64,000 bases of DNA. Source: Neoechinorhynchus agilis (Eukaryota; Animalia; Acanthocephala). Where the stretch lies: the NCBI GenBank assembly GCA_051530055.1, contig CM121342.1:9191480-9255479 (forward strand). Direction: 5' to 3'. A model generated the notes under the pieces. That model ran no database searches, had not been told where the DNA came from, and was given only the letters and a program-made list of their open reading frames with translations. The position numbers and the translations under genes are program-made. This document shows, one piece after another, positions 1 to 12,910 of the stretch. The first letter of the stretch is position 1; each line of letters starts with the position of its first letter.

Positions 1-22
1 TCCGGGATTCGGTACAATAAAA

Positions 23-2760
23 TTTTTTTGATCCCTACTTTTATTAATCTTCATCTCTCGACAATTAACACACTCACCACCTCCCGCCGAATTCCAGCTT
101 TTGTCCTTCCTCGACCGTCGCCATCACGCTGGCAGTATTGCCTCGTTGTACTGCCAGCGAGATATTTTGTCGAAGGAATACGCCTGCTCTTGAGTCTCCG
201 GTTGCCTCTCTCAATTTCTTCGAGAGATCCTGGAGCAGAGAGGGTGCCGAGCTGCCGAGCGCTGCATACGTCTCTACCCCAAAGGGGACAAAATAGTGAG
301 CCCTCGATAAGTGAAGATATTTCCGTATTTTCCTCCCTTCCGCTGCACTGGCGGCACCACCGGCGATTTCGAGGGAGTAGGAGATGTTGCTGGCTGCAAG
401 GGTATCCACACACGTGGCGTCCCGGAGAAGGCATTTGCCCTCCCGCCACGGGAAGATCGAAATTCCATCGGGCCTACGGCCGTCTAGTCTAGAGAGGTGG
501 GCGGGTTCCAGGATGTTCGAGAAGTTCGCCGTTCTCAACGCCCGAGAAATTGCGTTATTGATTTCAGAATGGCGTGAGAACCTTCCTGCTGACCTTCTGC
601 AGACGAGATCGTGTCGCCCGAGAGCATCAACCAAAGACCCACATCGACAGCGATGGGGCGTGCATATCGGGAGACCAAGTCTTAAGGATACTGCGATCCT
701 CGTTACCTCGTCAGTAAGAAGAGTTCCCACTGATGCCAGAGGAACAGCTTCAAACCACGCCCCAGATTCTCGTGTTGAAACTGCCAACAGTCTAGCTCGG
801 AGGACCCCATCGCGAGAACCGGAAAGTAGAGAGCTGTGAGCTCTCGCGACAAGAGGTCCGTCCCAGATCGACTGTCTGAGGCCATTCACGGGAACATGGT
901 TAGCGCCTTTCTGCTGGCACCATTCCTCAACCGCCACCACGAAATCCCGGTCAAGACAGAACTTTTCCTTCAAAATTTTCTTCGATACTGGTAGGCTCCC
1001 CTCAAACGAAGGTCGACTAGTGCCCGAATTCCCAATCCCCCAGATGACACAGGCAAAGAAGCTTGTCGCCACGCCTCATCTGAGAGCTGGACATTTAAAA
1101 TACGATCGATGCATGCCCTCACCTTATCGTCCAGCTTTGCCAATCCTTTTTTGTGTTTGAAAAATGTTGCTGTGCGAACCTTGTACAATAATTTGGGGAT
1201 GAAGAGCGCGTTCCTTATGAGAAACAAGGCTTCATGAGCCGAGAGAGCGCACACTCTATCGCACAGCAACGAAAGCTTCGGTATGATATGGCCGATCTCA
1301 TCTTCCACATTTGAATCGAAGACGCAACTGTCCTGGAGGCTGAGTTGTTCCCGAGTCACGAGTTTCAGGCCTGGAGCTACGGCCTCGAACCCAGCCATTA
1401 GTTCTTTGACTTTGGCGGCGTCTCCAATATTCAGTACAAGGAGCTCACATTTTCCAGCATTAAGCTCAATGCCCATCTTCGAGGTCTCCCTAATCAGCGT
1501 ATCCAAATCGCGCAGTACAACGGAGGGATCACCTCCGAGCGTAGCGTCATCCAAATACCAAGCGTTGAAGCTGGAATGGAGAGAATGCGCTATTGGATTT
1601 ACTGTTAGGGAGAATGCGATTGGACCGAGGGGATCTCCTTGCTGCACTCCTCTTTCGGACCAAATGAGGTGGTCTTCGAAAAGCAAAGGAGTCGCCGTCC
1701 CGTAGGCATTGAGAAAATACTGGAAGGCTTCTGGTGCGTGATCCCTAATTGCGCAGAACATGCTTTCTCTATTGAGAGTTAAAGGCGTTCCGAAAATCGC
1801 ACTTAAGAATCACGCACGGCTCTGAGCTTCTCGTAGCAAAGTTTCGGAGCGAGTGGACAATAGCTTCCGCCCCGCAGGATGTGCAGCAGCCCAGTTGGAC
1901 TCGACGAAGTTGCTGTCCGTTTTTCGCTGTAATACGTTTGCAGAGAATTTTTCCTGCGAGTCGGCGTATCGTCGAAGATACGGCGATGGGACGGATCCCA
2001 CCTTCTTTTTTTGTGAGCCCACACAATGAGGCTCCGAAAAATAGGTCCTTTGCAACGGGGTTCAGGTCCTCTCCAGTCAGGCGGTCGACTATTCGAGTAA
2101 GCGCACTTCCTTGAGAGAAAGCTGCTTCACCAGTTGAAAAGGGCATCATGTCCTTTAGGTGCTGAGGCCGTAGTCCGTCAAGCCCGTGACCCGAACCATC
2201 TGCAAAAGATGAGATGGCCTTTTGTAACTCTGAAATTTGGGTGGGCGTTCTGTCTTGTATGGGAGGAGATGGAATTTCAAAACTTCCGCTACTACATGGG
2301 TGCTTCGACCGGAGTATTTGTAGCGTCTCGCTGTCTCCTTTTGCGAAACTGTCGGAGGATGACAATAACCGAACAGCCCCCGAACATCCCCGTCCACCCC
2401 AGAATCACCGCTGGTGCAGAGGACTAAGCGCGGGAAAGCGAAGAGCCGTGTCCATAAAGGCGCACAGTTCGTTTGCAGGCAATCGTTGAGCAATCCCGTA
2501 AATGCTTTGGCGACCAGATATCGCGCGCCTTTAAGGATCCGTTTCAGGACGTTCCTGGGCAGAAACCGCACGATATCAGGTATCGAAATAGAATCAGTGG
2601 TGATCTGAGGGGTCTCAGGCACAAAAGGTTCGATTAATTGTGGTGGAGAACCAGACCCACTACAGCGGAGATCCCGGGCACCATGGACAAACAAAACCCC
2701 CAGATTCCGTTTCAATGACTGACTGATGAGATCATTCCATTTTACTATGAAACAGATCAC
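23..2760 (-). mobile_element. CRE-clade non-LTR retrotransposon (RT + CCHC + restriction-like endonuclease), frameshifted
   Basis: ORFs 2155-2760, 1769-2365, 970-1761 and 74-1072 give one CRE-type polyprotein in order: LKRI..GAR, GIRPIAV, CDFRNAFN, GVQQGDPLGP, WYLDD, CRCG..D..GRHDLVC, RH..IN, RPDG..PW..GK....DATC, FVPFGVET, NISLAVQRGN. AATAAA on minus at 40-45 followed by A7 (23-29). Confidence 0.88.
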
Positions 2761-2763
2761 CCG

Positions 2764-3090
2764 TTGAACATAAAAACGGACAGTAAAAGCCTGCAGAGAA
2801 TACTAGACACCTATGGGAAGACAGTGGATCGACAAAAAAGAACGCGAGTTCGCCCTCGAACAATCCGATCATGCCTGTCCCGAATTGTGATAAACGGTGG
2901 TTTTCCTAGTTTTAGCGAGATTCTTACGTCCAAAAAATGTGGAAATCTTGCTTATTACATTCATCGATGGTGAACTTCAAGCTAGACATAGCTTCAAGTT
3001 TATTGAGGCAATGATCATCCGTCATGACAGAACCTCATTCAACGTCAAATATAATGAGATGTTCAGTGATCTCCGATTGTACAATAGACT
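2764..3090 (+). mobile_element. Degenerate Penelope-like GIY-YIG 3' remnant
   Basis: Peptides YGKTVDRQKRTRV and FKFIEAMIIRHDRTSFN resemble the GIY-YIG C-terminal half; followed by a degenerate hammerhead-like core at 3273-3301. Confidence 0.45.
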
Positions 3091-3250
3091 GTAATGACGT
3101 AGCAGACAAGTGTAATGACGTAGTGGATATCATGCTGTTGTAATGACGTAGCAGACAAGTGTAATGACGTAGCAGACAAGTGTAATGACGTAGCAGACAA
3201 GTGTAATGACGTAGCAGACAAGTGTAATGACGTAGTGGATATCATGCTGT
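3090..3250. repeat. 21-bp minisatellite (tgtaatgacgtagcagacaag) with a 28-bp variant unit
   Basis: Directly visible tandem copies; variant tgtaatgacgtagtggatatcatgctgt occurs twice. Confidence 0.95.
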
Positions 3251-3414
3251 TAGTTTTATAATGACTGCTTCCCTTAAGACGGATTTGATTAAAATCCGAA
3301 ATATTAGAGCAATTAAAGACTATGCAGTGTGTATATTAAAGAGTTGTACTAAGAAAAATTACTGAGGAAGAAAAATATATCTTCAACATGCTTATTAAGA
3401 AATTTTAAGTACTA

Positions 3415-4368
3415 ATTTTGGAACGAGGTTTTTGAAAATTATTTTAAATTAAACAAAATAGAACGAATTATTCAAATGTCGATTTCATCCATCAGGAAGA
3501 TTTTCCCTCGGAATTCGACTAGGCCACTGGCTACAAAGGGTTTTTGTTGTCAATGAATTATTCCACCTGCAATTCTAAATTTCTGCCATGATTACGGTCA
3601 CAAGCGCTAATGATTTGATTGAATATCTCGTTTTAATAAAGAATGAAATTTAATCTCCGTTCCCGTAGATATCATCAAACGGCGCACGCTTATTGGTTCC
3701 CCTAAGAAAACAGGATATGAAATTAAAAATAAAAACAATAGGTCAAAAGACCGCCGATCTTTCAATGATCTGTAGATAATTTATATATCAAGAATCAGTG
3801 GGCCCTCTATTTCGTGTGTATATAAAACTAATCACGAAGTATACAACTTTCAATCTTTCAACAGCAGCCAACAAAACAAAAAAACCCATTTTCAACAATT
3901 CTACGATGCGCGATAGAGCAATTCCAAAGCAACCAAACAATGAATGGCCCAGCGAATCTTCTGATGAGGAGGATTTCACTTTTAACGAGGATAATGAACC
4001 GGACAATACAACAGAACAAATGGAAGTAGCTAATCACATAGCTGTTATCGATGAAATCATTTCTGCAGTTATAAGTGGGGCCCCTGATGATGAATACATT
4101 CCAGGAGCTCTTGGAGAATTTTATCAACGAATTAGAAGTCATTTCAATGAGCTACAAGAAGACAATACCTCAGGTGAAGACGAGGACCAATGGCAACAGT
4201 AAAATTCCCGCGAATTCTATAAATTCGCTATTTCTTTTTAAATAAATTGATACAGAGCTTTTGTTTCTACAATGCGATTGAAAACCATAATTTCGGTTCA
4301 TATCGTAATTTCAATATAAAGCGCCATCGAAAAAATTTAAAGACGCGAATCATAAACTGCAAATGAGG
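3415..4368 (+). repeat. Dispersed duplication, copy 1 (paralogue of 17610-18525), containing acidic ORF 3798-4202
   Basis: Co-linear similarity with 17610-18525; homology resumes at 7367-7580 versus 18522-18800. Confidence 0.9.
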
Positions 4369-6379
4369 GGAAAAATATGTCGTCGCGCAATTTTTCTGGT
4401 TAAAAACTGCGCACCGACAAACGAGTCTAAAGATCGAGGAATTGATTGCGCTCAGCTAGTTTTTAAAGATCTAAGTGATCGCTCAGTCTTGTCGGACTCT
4501 CGGATGGACGCCGTTGATCATCCTCCACTTCGAGATGAAGGCGGAGGTTTTCGGACTGATGAGGTATTTGTGTCTTCACTCCCTGCCCTCTCCTTCCCTC
4601 TGATTCGTCCATCCAAGCTCCCATAACCAAACTTCCCCTCAAAAAGGAGGATTATATCCTTCGCATTCACAAAGAAAATATGGGCTTCCACTCCAAATAC
4701 AATATTTTGGAAAAATACAACAAACATACTCTCTCATCACACCAAAGTAACCTTCCCACTTATAGTTTCAAAAGAATTTTCGACAACAAGTTCAGCTTTC
4801 TCTTTGCCTTTGTCGACAACAAGGGAAAATCCATATTCTCAGATATGCTTACAGATATGAAAATAAAACATGATGATCTTTCCAGAAAGGTCCTCCTCTT
4901 GATCTCCCGATTGAAGAACAAAAAATTGTTGAGAGCGATCTCAAAATCAAACTCATAAAATACCTATTCCGCAAAAACAGTAGCTCCCCCCGCCCCAATT
5001 GATGTAGCTGATTGCTTATGTGGTTCCAAAAAAAATGTGTTCTCGCATTTGGTATCCTTCACCAATTATAGGGATTCGATCTACGATTTCAATCTCACTA
5101 TTTGCCAGAACTGCTCCCACTGGGGTCATCAGACTCATGGATGCAAAATCACTCATAGGTGTATTTTCTACGCTGGAGACCACTGCAAGGATAAATGTCC
5201 GGACCCCAAAAAAGTCAAATGCACCAATTGCATTTTTCCTCACCCTGCTTTCGCCAGATCATGTCAAGCTGCTAAACAATTCTTGGCCCAATGCTCTTCC
5301 TTGGCAAAGAAACCCCTAAAAGAAACCATCATCAAATCTAGCTTTCTTGGGCCCATAAATATGAATTCTGGCGCACCCTTCTCTGCATCCCCCCCAAAAA
5401 GTTCTCTCCCCTACCTCAAATTCGGAAGGCCCTTGCCGTTACTGCTCTCGTGGTCTTTTAAAGTTCCCCTCACATTGCTCCTCAAGTTCTGTTTCCCCTA
5501 CTTCTAACTCTAACAAAAAAAACCCGGTATTTCCCTCAGAATCTCAAACTCCTCCAATTATTCCGATCCTCTTGCAGGATCTGGAACCCATGAAAAACAC
5601 CCTTAGTTGTCAACTGGGCATCATGTCTGCTTACGGCCTTTAAAAAGACAGTCAAAGCAGCCCTTCGACTCGGAGGAGATGATCATCATCGCCTCCCCCA
5701 AAAAACACCCCTCTTCCTTGTCATCTTCCGAGTTTCTTATAAGAAAGGCAGGGTTAACTAAATAGAATTTTTAAGTTGGCTATAACAACACATAATTTAT
5801 CGAGAGCTTTTTCTCTTCCCCCTCACATTCTAAACACAATTTCCGATTCGATTCCAGACATCCTCTTTTTTCAGGAATCAGGTCCCAGACTTCTAATCTC
5901 TTCTGACTCCTACCTATCTTTTTTTCTCCCCCCCCCTCTAATCCAGGGGGAATAACCTCATTGGGTTCTCCGGATGCTTGCAATCTTTTATTCTCACAAA
6001 ATGGCAACCTAAATTGCTTGTCCAGGAAAAAAACAGTGATTTCGCATTCCAAATTATTTCTATTATTTATCAGCTCCACTCCCATCTCCCTTTCTTGGAC
6101 ACTCATCTTATTATCATTAACTTTTACGTTGATCCCCGTAAAATTTCTTCATTCTTAAAATCCCAAGCCTACAAAGTTTTGAATTGGAATCCAGATATTA
6201 TTGGGCGAGATTTCAATTCTAACTATCTGACAGCTTTCCGTGAAACCTTCAAATTTCATAATTGTATATTACCTAAGCTCCCCTCGTTTCACAGCTTTCA
6301 TAAAAACGCTCACTCCTTCTTGGACGGAATTTTTATAAAAAAATCTTCCCTTCTTTCTATACCCGACCCTTCAATTACA

Positions 6380-6574
6380 TTGTGTAGATATTCATTTAGG
6401 AATTAATTATGATGGTGAACTGAAGGAAAAAATTATGAATATATTAATCAGAATTTTCGACCAATGCGTTGGTCTTCTTCAGTGATTGTTTGCAAGTTTT
6501 TTCAACTGTGAACGCATTGGTCGAAAATTCTGATTAATATATTCATAATTTTTCCTTCATTTCACCATCATAAT
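6380..6574 (-). mobile_element. 195-bp non-autonomous Penelope-type fold-back insert with 12-bp TSD
   Basis: ccttcaattaca at 6368-6379 and 6575-6586; inverted arms 6406-6470 / 6511-6574 (1 mismatch, 1 indel); interrupts the LINE APE reading frame. Confidence 0.8.
6446..6487 (-). ncRNA. Minimal type I hammerhead ribozyme
   Basis: Minus strand AATCA-CTGAAGA-A-GACC(aacgcatt)GGTC-GAA-AATT-C-TGATT: stem I, intact core, stem II, palindromic stem III, UC cleavage site. Confidence 0.85.
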
Positions 6575-8639
6575 CCTTCAATTACAGTCACAACAGTTTA
6601 TGGGACATGATTTTATTTCAACATCACGGTCTTCTGTTAAGGCACCGTATTATTTTCACGGGTTCATCTTTAAAATCCTTCAATGATTCCATTGCCTTTT
6701 CGCTTAATAGCAAGTCTCTAATTTCCCTCTCCGATTTTAACCACATAATTTTAACCTCATCTGAATCCTGCTTGGTCAAAAAAGCCTTTGACCAAGGGCT
6801 CAAAAATCCAAAAACGCCAACCAATTTTATCAACAAGCTATAATAGCCAATCTAAGGAACCAACCTGACCTTCACCAAACTTTTATGAATCGCTTTTATT
6901 ATACTCTTCACTACTAGGAAATAGAAAGAAGCAAAAAAGCTATTACCAGGCACAAATCCCTTTCTAAGCCACTCTGGAACATAATTCTTAACAAGAAATT
7001 TACTAGTTGGAAAGCTAAAACTTCCAACTGGATCGGTTCGGTCTCTTATCCCGTGGTAATTGAAACCATTCTGAATGCCCACACTTTCAGTGCATTTTCG
7101 GATCCCTCTATTCCCATTCTTCGGCATAAGAAGTTCAGATGGAAATTCCGTGCTGACGAACTTTTGAAAGCCTTGAGATCTAACCCCTCCATAGCGAACA
7201 ACCAGTTTGGTGTTTCGCCTTCCATTTTCAGCAGTGTAGAGGAGGGTAATAAACTCCTCTTTTTCAACCACTTCAATGATAAAATTGAAGTGAAGGATCT
7301 GTTGAAAATTAATATAGTTAAAAAGACTTTTATCCCCAAATTATTTTTCTTGTTTTTTTCAAGGTAGAGGAGCTAAGAGTTCGCTCCTTACTCAGCCCCT
7401 ACTCCCTTCTTCGTTTCATCTCAATCTAAAGAAAAAAAACACATAATATTTTTGACATAAACATTTCAACAAATGCAAAAAAATTTGAATAAGGAAACGA
7501 AACATAATAACTGAAAGAAATTCAATCTTTTTAAGCCCACGATTTTTACAGATAATCCGTAAAACCAAATTTGGTATTATTCTTTCAATCCAAAATGCAT
7601 GCTTTGAAAGACAGAGCAAGGAATTGTTTAGTCCTCCGATGAAATCAAGATTGGAGCTTAAAGGAACGTCTTCCGTTCTCGTTGAAGAATGTTTTAAGAA
7701 GAATGAAGGTTGAAACAGAAATGAAGAAGATTTTTATCGTGGACCAAAGATAACATTTTTAGTCTGAAATATCGTCATTTTCTGTGAACAAAAGATTATT
7801 TTTAGCTTTCTGAGCTGTTAGTTAGGAAATAGAAGAGAAACCAAAATTTTAAAATATCGATGTAACAAGACAAAGCATTTAAAACAAAAGCGCGTTTCTC
7901 TTGTCTTCGCAACGAAAGAACCCCAAAGCGACGAATTGACTGCGATCTTTGATTCGTAACTCCAAAAATCGTATCGTTGTGCTCTTCTTCTGGCTTAATT
8001 GTAACGAATTCGAGCATTTCGAACTTTTGGACAATTTATTTACGGAAATTAAGGAGGATGTATTAATAAGGTAAAAGTTCGAAGTTCGTCTGTCGGCACG
8101 CCACGTAATCCAATTTACCTTCCTTATTAAATTAGGATTTGTGGTCCATTGCGATTTTTTTTCGTTTGGACTTTGCCGAATGAAATTTGTAGCTTAATTA
8201 AAATTTCCGCGTCACTAAAATTATTCAGTTTGCGTTGATATTCTAATCTCTATATCCCAGCTGCTCGTCCACGGATTCAAAATTAAATCGACTTCCAGTG
8301 TCGTTTCTCTCATCTTTAGTAAATCCGAACGCACTTGGTCGCCTGTCCATCTTCGGGTCTAAAGTTTCCTCGTGGATCTTTGGCGAATAAGGATACTCAA
8401 AGGAGGAATCTGCGGTCTCTTTCCTTTGCATTGGAAGGTATCGCTTCCTCTCCATCCGTCGACGAAGCGAAACAGGATCGCTCATAAAGACCGAAACTTG
8501 ACCAAGAGTCGGAGTTCAGAGATTTATCGGCGTATTAATTGTCTGTGTCAATTGTAGGGTTAGGACCTGTTATTAATCCGGAAATTGCAATGGAAAGATT
8601 TTTGACAATATAGGCGCCCTGGGGTTTAAATGGTTTTCC

Positions 8640-11600
8640 CTGCACTTGTCTATACTGTTCTGTTTCTTGAGATTGACCCTGATGGATTGAGCACAGGAGT
8701 AAAATATCCGCCTTGAACATCGGTCGGCAATTCAGCATTCATTGGAATTCGCTGCATTTGGCCATAATATCTTTGGGCGTTTGTTGGGATTGACCCTGTG
8801 GTTGAGCACCCGAGTAAAATATCCGCCTTGAACATCGATCGGCACATCAGCATTCATTGGCATTCGCTTCATTTGGCCATAATATTCATGGGGTGTTTCT
8901 TGAGATTGACTCTGTGGATTCGTGGCCGACCCACAATATCCGCCTTGGGCAGCAGCCTGCATTACATTTCCTGCCGGCAATCGTTGATCCTTTGTTAACT
9001 GTTGAGGTCGTATCTGATGAAGCGGAATTTGACGATGTTGGATTGAGCACCCGAATAAAATGTCCGCCTTGAACACCAATCGGCGCATCAGCATTCATTG
9101 GCATTCGCTGCATTTAGCCATAATATTCTTTGGGCGTTTGTTGGGATTGACCCTGTGGATTGAGCACCCGAGTAAAATATCCGCCTTGAACATCGGTCGG
9201 CAATTCAGCATTCATTGGCATTCGCTGCATTTAGCCATAATATTCTTTGGGCGTTTGTTGGGATTGACCTTGTGGATTGAGCACCCGAGTAAAATAGCCG
9301 CCTTGAACATCAATCGGCACATCAGCATTCATTGGCATTCGCTGCATTTAGCCATAATATTCTTTGGGCGTTTGTTATGATTGACCTTGTGGATTGAGCA
9401 CCCGAGTAAAATATCCACCTTGAACATCGGTCGGCACATCAGCATTCATTTTCATTCGCTGCATTTGGTCATAATATTCTTTGGGCGTTTGTTGGAATTG
9501 ACCCTGTGGATTGAGCACCCGAGTAAAATATCCGCCTTGGACATCGGTCGGCACACAAGCATTCATTGCATTCGCTGCATTGGCCATAATATCTTGGGGT
9601 TTATTGAATGACCCTGTGGATGAGCACCCGAGTAAAATATCCCCTTGAACAGCATTCATTGGCATTCGCTGCATTTGCCATAATATCTTGGGGTTTTTGG
9701 ATGACCCTGGATGAGCACCCGAGTAAAATATCCCCTGAAATCAATCGGCACATCAGCATTCATTGGCATTCGCTGCATTTGCCATAATATTCTTTGGGCG
9801 TTTGTTGGGATTGACCCTGTAGATTCGTGGCCGACCCATAATATCCGCCTTGGGCAGCAGCCTGCATTACATTTCCTGCTGGCAATCGTTGATCCTTTGT
9901 TAACTGTTGAGTCGTATTTGATGAGCGGAATTTAAGAGTTATACGACATGAGAACCCCACACCATTGACCCTGTGGATTGAGCACCCGAGTAAAATATCC
10001 GCCTTGAACATCGGTCGGCAATTCAGCATTCAGTGGCATTCGCTGCATTTGGCCATAATATCCTTGGGGAGTTTATTGGAATCGACCCTGTGGATGGAGC
10101 ACCCGAGTAAAATATCCGCCTTGAACATCAATCGGCACATCAGCATTCATTGGCATTCGCTGCATTTAGCCATAATATTCTTTGGGCGTTTGTTGGGATT
10201 GACCCTGTAGATTCGTGGCCGACCCATAATATCCGCCTTGGGCAGCAGCCTGCATTACATTTCCTGCTGGCAATCGTTGATCCTTTGTTAACTGTTGAGG
10301 TCGTATTTGATGAAGCGGAATTTAACGACGTTATACGATCATGAGATATCCGCCTTGACCAGTGGTCGGCATTTTGCATTCGTTGTTATTATTTTCACTT
10401 GCCCATAATATTCTTGGGGAGTTTATTTTATTGACCCTGTAGATTGAGCACCCGAGTAAAATATCCGCCTTGAACATCGGTCGGCAATTCAGCATTCAGT
10501 GGCATTCGCTGGATTTGGCAATAATATTCATGGGGTGTTTCTTGGGATTAACCCTGTGGATTGAGCACCCGAGTAAAATATCCGCCTTGAACATCAATCG
10601 GCACATCAGCATTCATTGGCATTCGCAGTATTTAGCCGTAATATTCTTTGGGCGTTTGTTGGAATTGACCCTGTGGATTGAGCACCCGAGTAAAATACCC
10701 GCCTTGAACATCGGTCGGCACATCAGCATTCATTGGCATTCGCTGCATTTGGCAATAATATTCTTTGGGCGATTGCTGGAATTGACCCCGTTGATTGAGC
10801 ACCCGAGTAAAGTATCCGCCTTCAACATCGGTCGGCACATCAGCATTCATTTGCATCCGCTGCATTTGGCCATAATATTCATAGGTTGTTTGTTGGGATT
10901 GACCCTGTAGATTCGTGGCCGACCCATAATATTCGCTTCGAACTGCAGCCTGTATTGCATTTCCTTCCGGCAATCGTTGAACCTTGGTCAACTGTTGAGG
11001 TCGTATCTGATGAAGCGGAATTTGACGATGTTATCCGGTCATGAGATATCCGCCTTGACCAGTGGTCGGCATTTTAGCATTCGTTGTTATTATTTTCACT
11101 TGCCCATAATATTCTTGGGGAGTTTATTGGAATTGACCCTGTGGATTGAGCACCCGAGTAAAATATCCGCCTTGAACGTCGGTCGGCAATTCAGCATTCA
11201 TTGGCATTCGCTGCATTTGGCCATAATATTCTTGTGGCGTTTGTTGGGATTGACCCTTTTGATTCGTGGCCGACCCATAATATCCGCCTTGGGCAGCAGC
11301 CTGTATTGCATTTCTTGCTGGCAATCGTTGATCCTTTGTCAACTGTTGAGGTCGTGTCTGATGAAGGGGAATTTGACGACGTTATTCGGTCATGAGATAT
11401 CCGCCTTGACCAGTGGTCGGCATTCTAGCATTCGTTGTTATTATTTTCACTTGCCTATAATATCCTGGGGAGTTTATTTGAATTGACCCCGTGGATTGAG
11501 CACAGAATAAATATCCGTGGACATCGGTCGGCAATTCAGCATTCATTGGCATTCGCTGTATTTGGCGATAATATTCTTGGGGCGTTTGTTGGAATTTACC

Positions 11601-11770
11601 CTGTTGTTTCGTACCGACCCATAATATCTGCTTTGCACTGCAGCCTGTATTGCATTTCCTGCTGGCAATCGTTGATCCTTTGTTAACTGTTGGGTCGTAT
11701 CTGATGAAGATGAATTTGACGACGTTATTCGATGATGAGATATCCGCCTTGACCAGTGGTCGGTGTAACG
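8640..11770. repeat. Complex 117-bp tandem array with three related subunit types (~351-bp higher-order unit)
   Basis: ttgacc(c/t)tgtgg recurs at 9147 and 9264 (117 bp); subunits share atatccgccttg(aac/ggc/acc); C-type subunit starts at 11046 and 11397 (351 bp). Confidence 0.92.
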
Positions 11771-12000
11771 TCACTATTGTGAGTGTCCAATATGTTCACA
11801 ACCTCGTCGTACGACAACTATTCCACACTTGTCATTGTCGCTTTCGTGATAATATGAAAGGTCCTCGGGCCCACCCATGAGAGCATACATGAGTTTTTTG
11901 TTCTTCGTCCGCAACACCAACCGAGCAGAAATAGGCATTTAGCTGTTTGTGGTAATTGATCCAGCTTTCTTCTCCTTTCTCAAAACTCCTGAAAGGAACA
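11765..12000 (-). mobile_element. Possible Ty3/Gypsy gag remnant
   Basis: Minus-strand translation MLSWVGPRTFHII...LSYDEVVNILDTH resembles the gag N-terminal motif; stops present. Confidence 0.35.
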
Positions 12001-12179
12001 ATCTGCTTCTCTGCTAAGCGCCACCTGACCGTCGAATTTCGTGAGAATAATTTTCATGAGGTCATCGGAGCGCTTTTGCACATTTTCCATCAATATCGTT
12101 TTTTGCTGCATGAGTTGGGCAAACACAGGTATCCCACCCTTGTCGTCAGATGTAACGTTTCGTGACATGCCTGCAAACT

Positions 12180-12910
12180 ATCTACGACCTTTTTATTACA
12201 CACAGCACACCCCCGCCCAAACACCACCAAATACACCGTTATCCAATGTGCCCTTGAACCTGGTTTATAGGATTCACCACTTTGCTGAATCAAAACAATA
12301 TTATTATGATGTAGATCCATCATGCACAAAATTCTATTCTAGATTTGGCGTACCTCAAGGCTCACCCATTTCTCCTACACTTTTTCTTATAATCACTATT
12401 TTTATTTTTAAAAGTATGGAACACTCACCAATTATTCATCCGCTGATTTATGCGGATGACATTTTTTTATTCCGTTCTGCTAGGTTTATATCGACATTGC
12501 TAGAAAAAATGACGCATTTTTTAAATGAACTATCTCTGAAATTAAAAGAAGCGAATTTGGTTATTAATTTAAAAAATCATGCATCATTCCTTTGACTAAG
12601 TCACGTTTACCAAGGAAATCTCTGGTTACCCTATTAAATACGTCTCCGTTTTTTAAATTTATGGCCATCAAAAAAAACACTCGGCTCTTGGGAGTTGATT
12701 TTCCTGCATTAAATAATAGATTCTTTATAAATACACATTTTAAGAATACAATGAACAAAATTAAAGCGGTCACTATGAGATCTAAGCATTTGCTTATTAA
12801 CAAGAAAACAGTTTACAGCATCCTTAAAACCATAATAGGAGGGTCCCTTTGTTTTTGCGCAAGAGGCCATCCACCCGAATGTAGATACAATTTTTTTTAT
12901 CAAATTTCAT
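12180..12910 (+). mobile_element. Degenerate LINE reverse transcriptase fragment
   Basis: GVPQGSPISPTLF and YADD in ORF 12041-12595, continuing RLLGVDF in 12592-12912. Confidence 0.8.

Larger units (their letters stand above)
4369..7366 (+). mobile_element. LINE (I/Jockey-group-like): ORF1 with CCHC knuckles plus APE domain, ending before RT
   Basis: ORF 5037-5507 CQNCSHWGH..GC, C..YAGDH..DKC, CTNC..PH..F..SC; ORF 5978-6406 NFYVDP, GRDFN, FLDGIF; ORF 7053-7367 ends at ..FIPK just before the RT domain; frameshifted. Confidence 0.75.

Noticed and set aside
28-1705. Plus-strand ORFs 28-492, 384-839 and 1283-1705
   Set aside because: Antisense shadows of the CRE element.
8640-11770. CRISPR-like appearance of recurring atatccgccttg motifs with variable intervening sequence
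   Set aside because: Intervening segments are homologous to each other rather than unique spacers; eukaryotic context and no cas genes.
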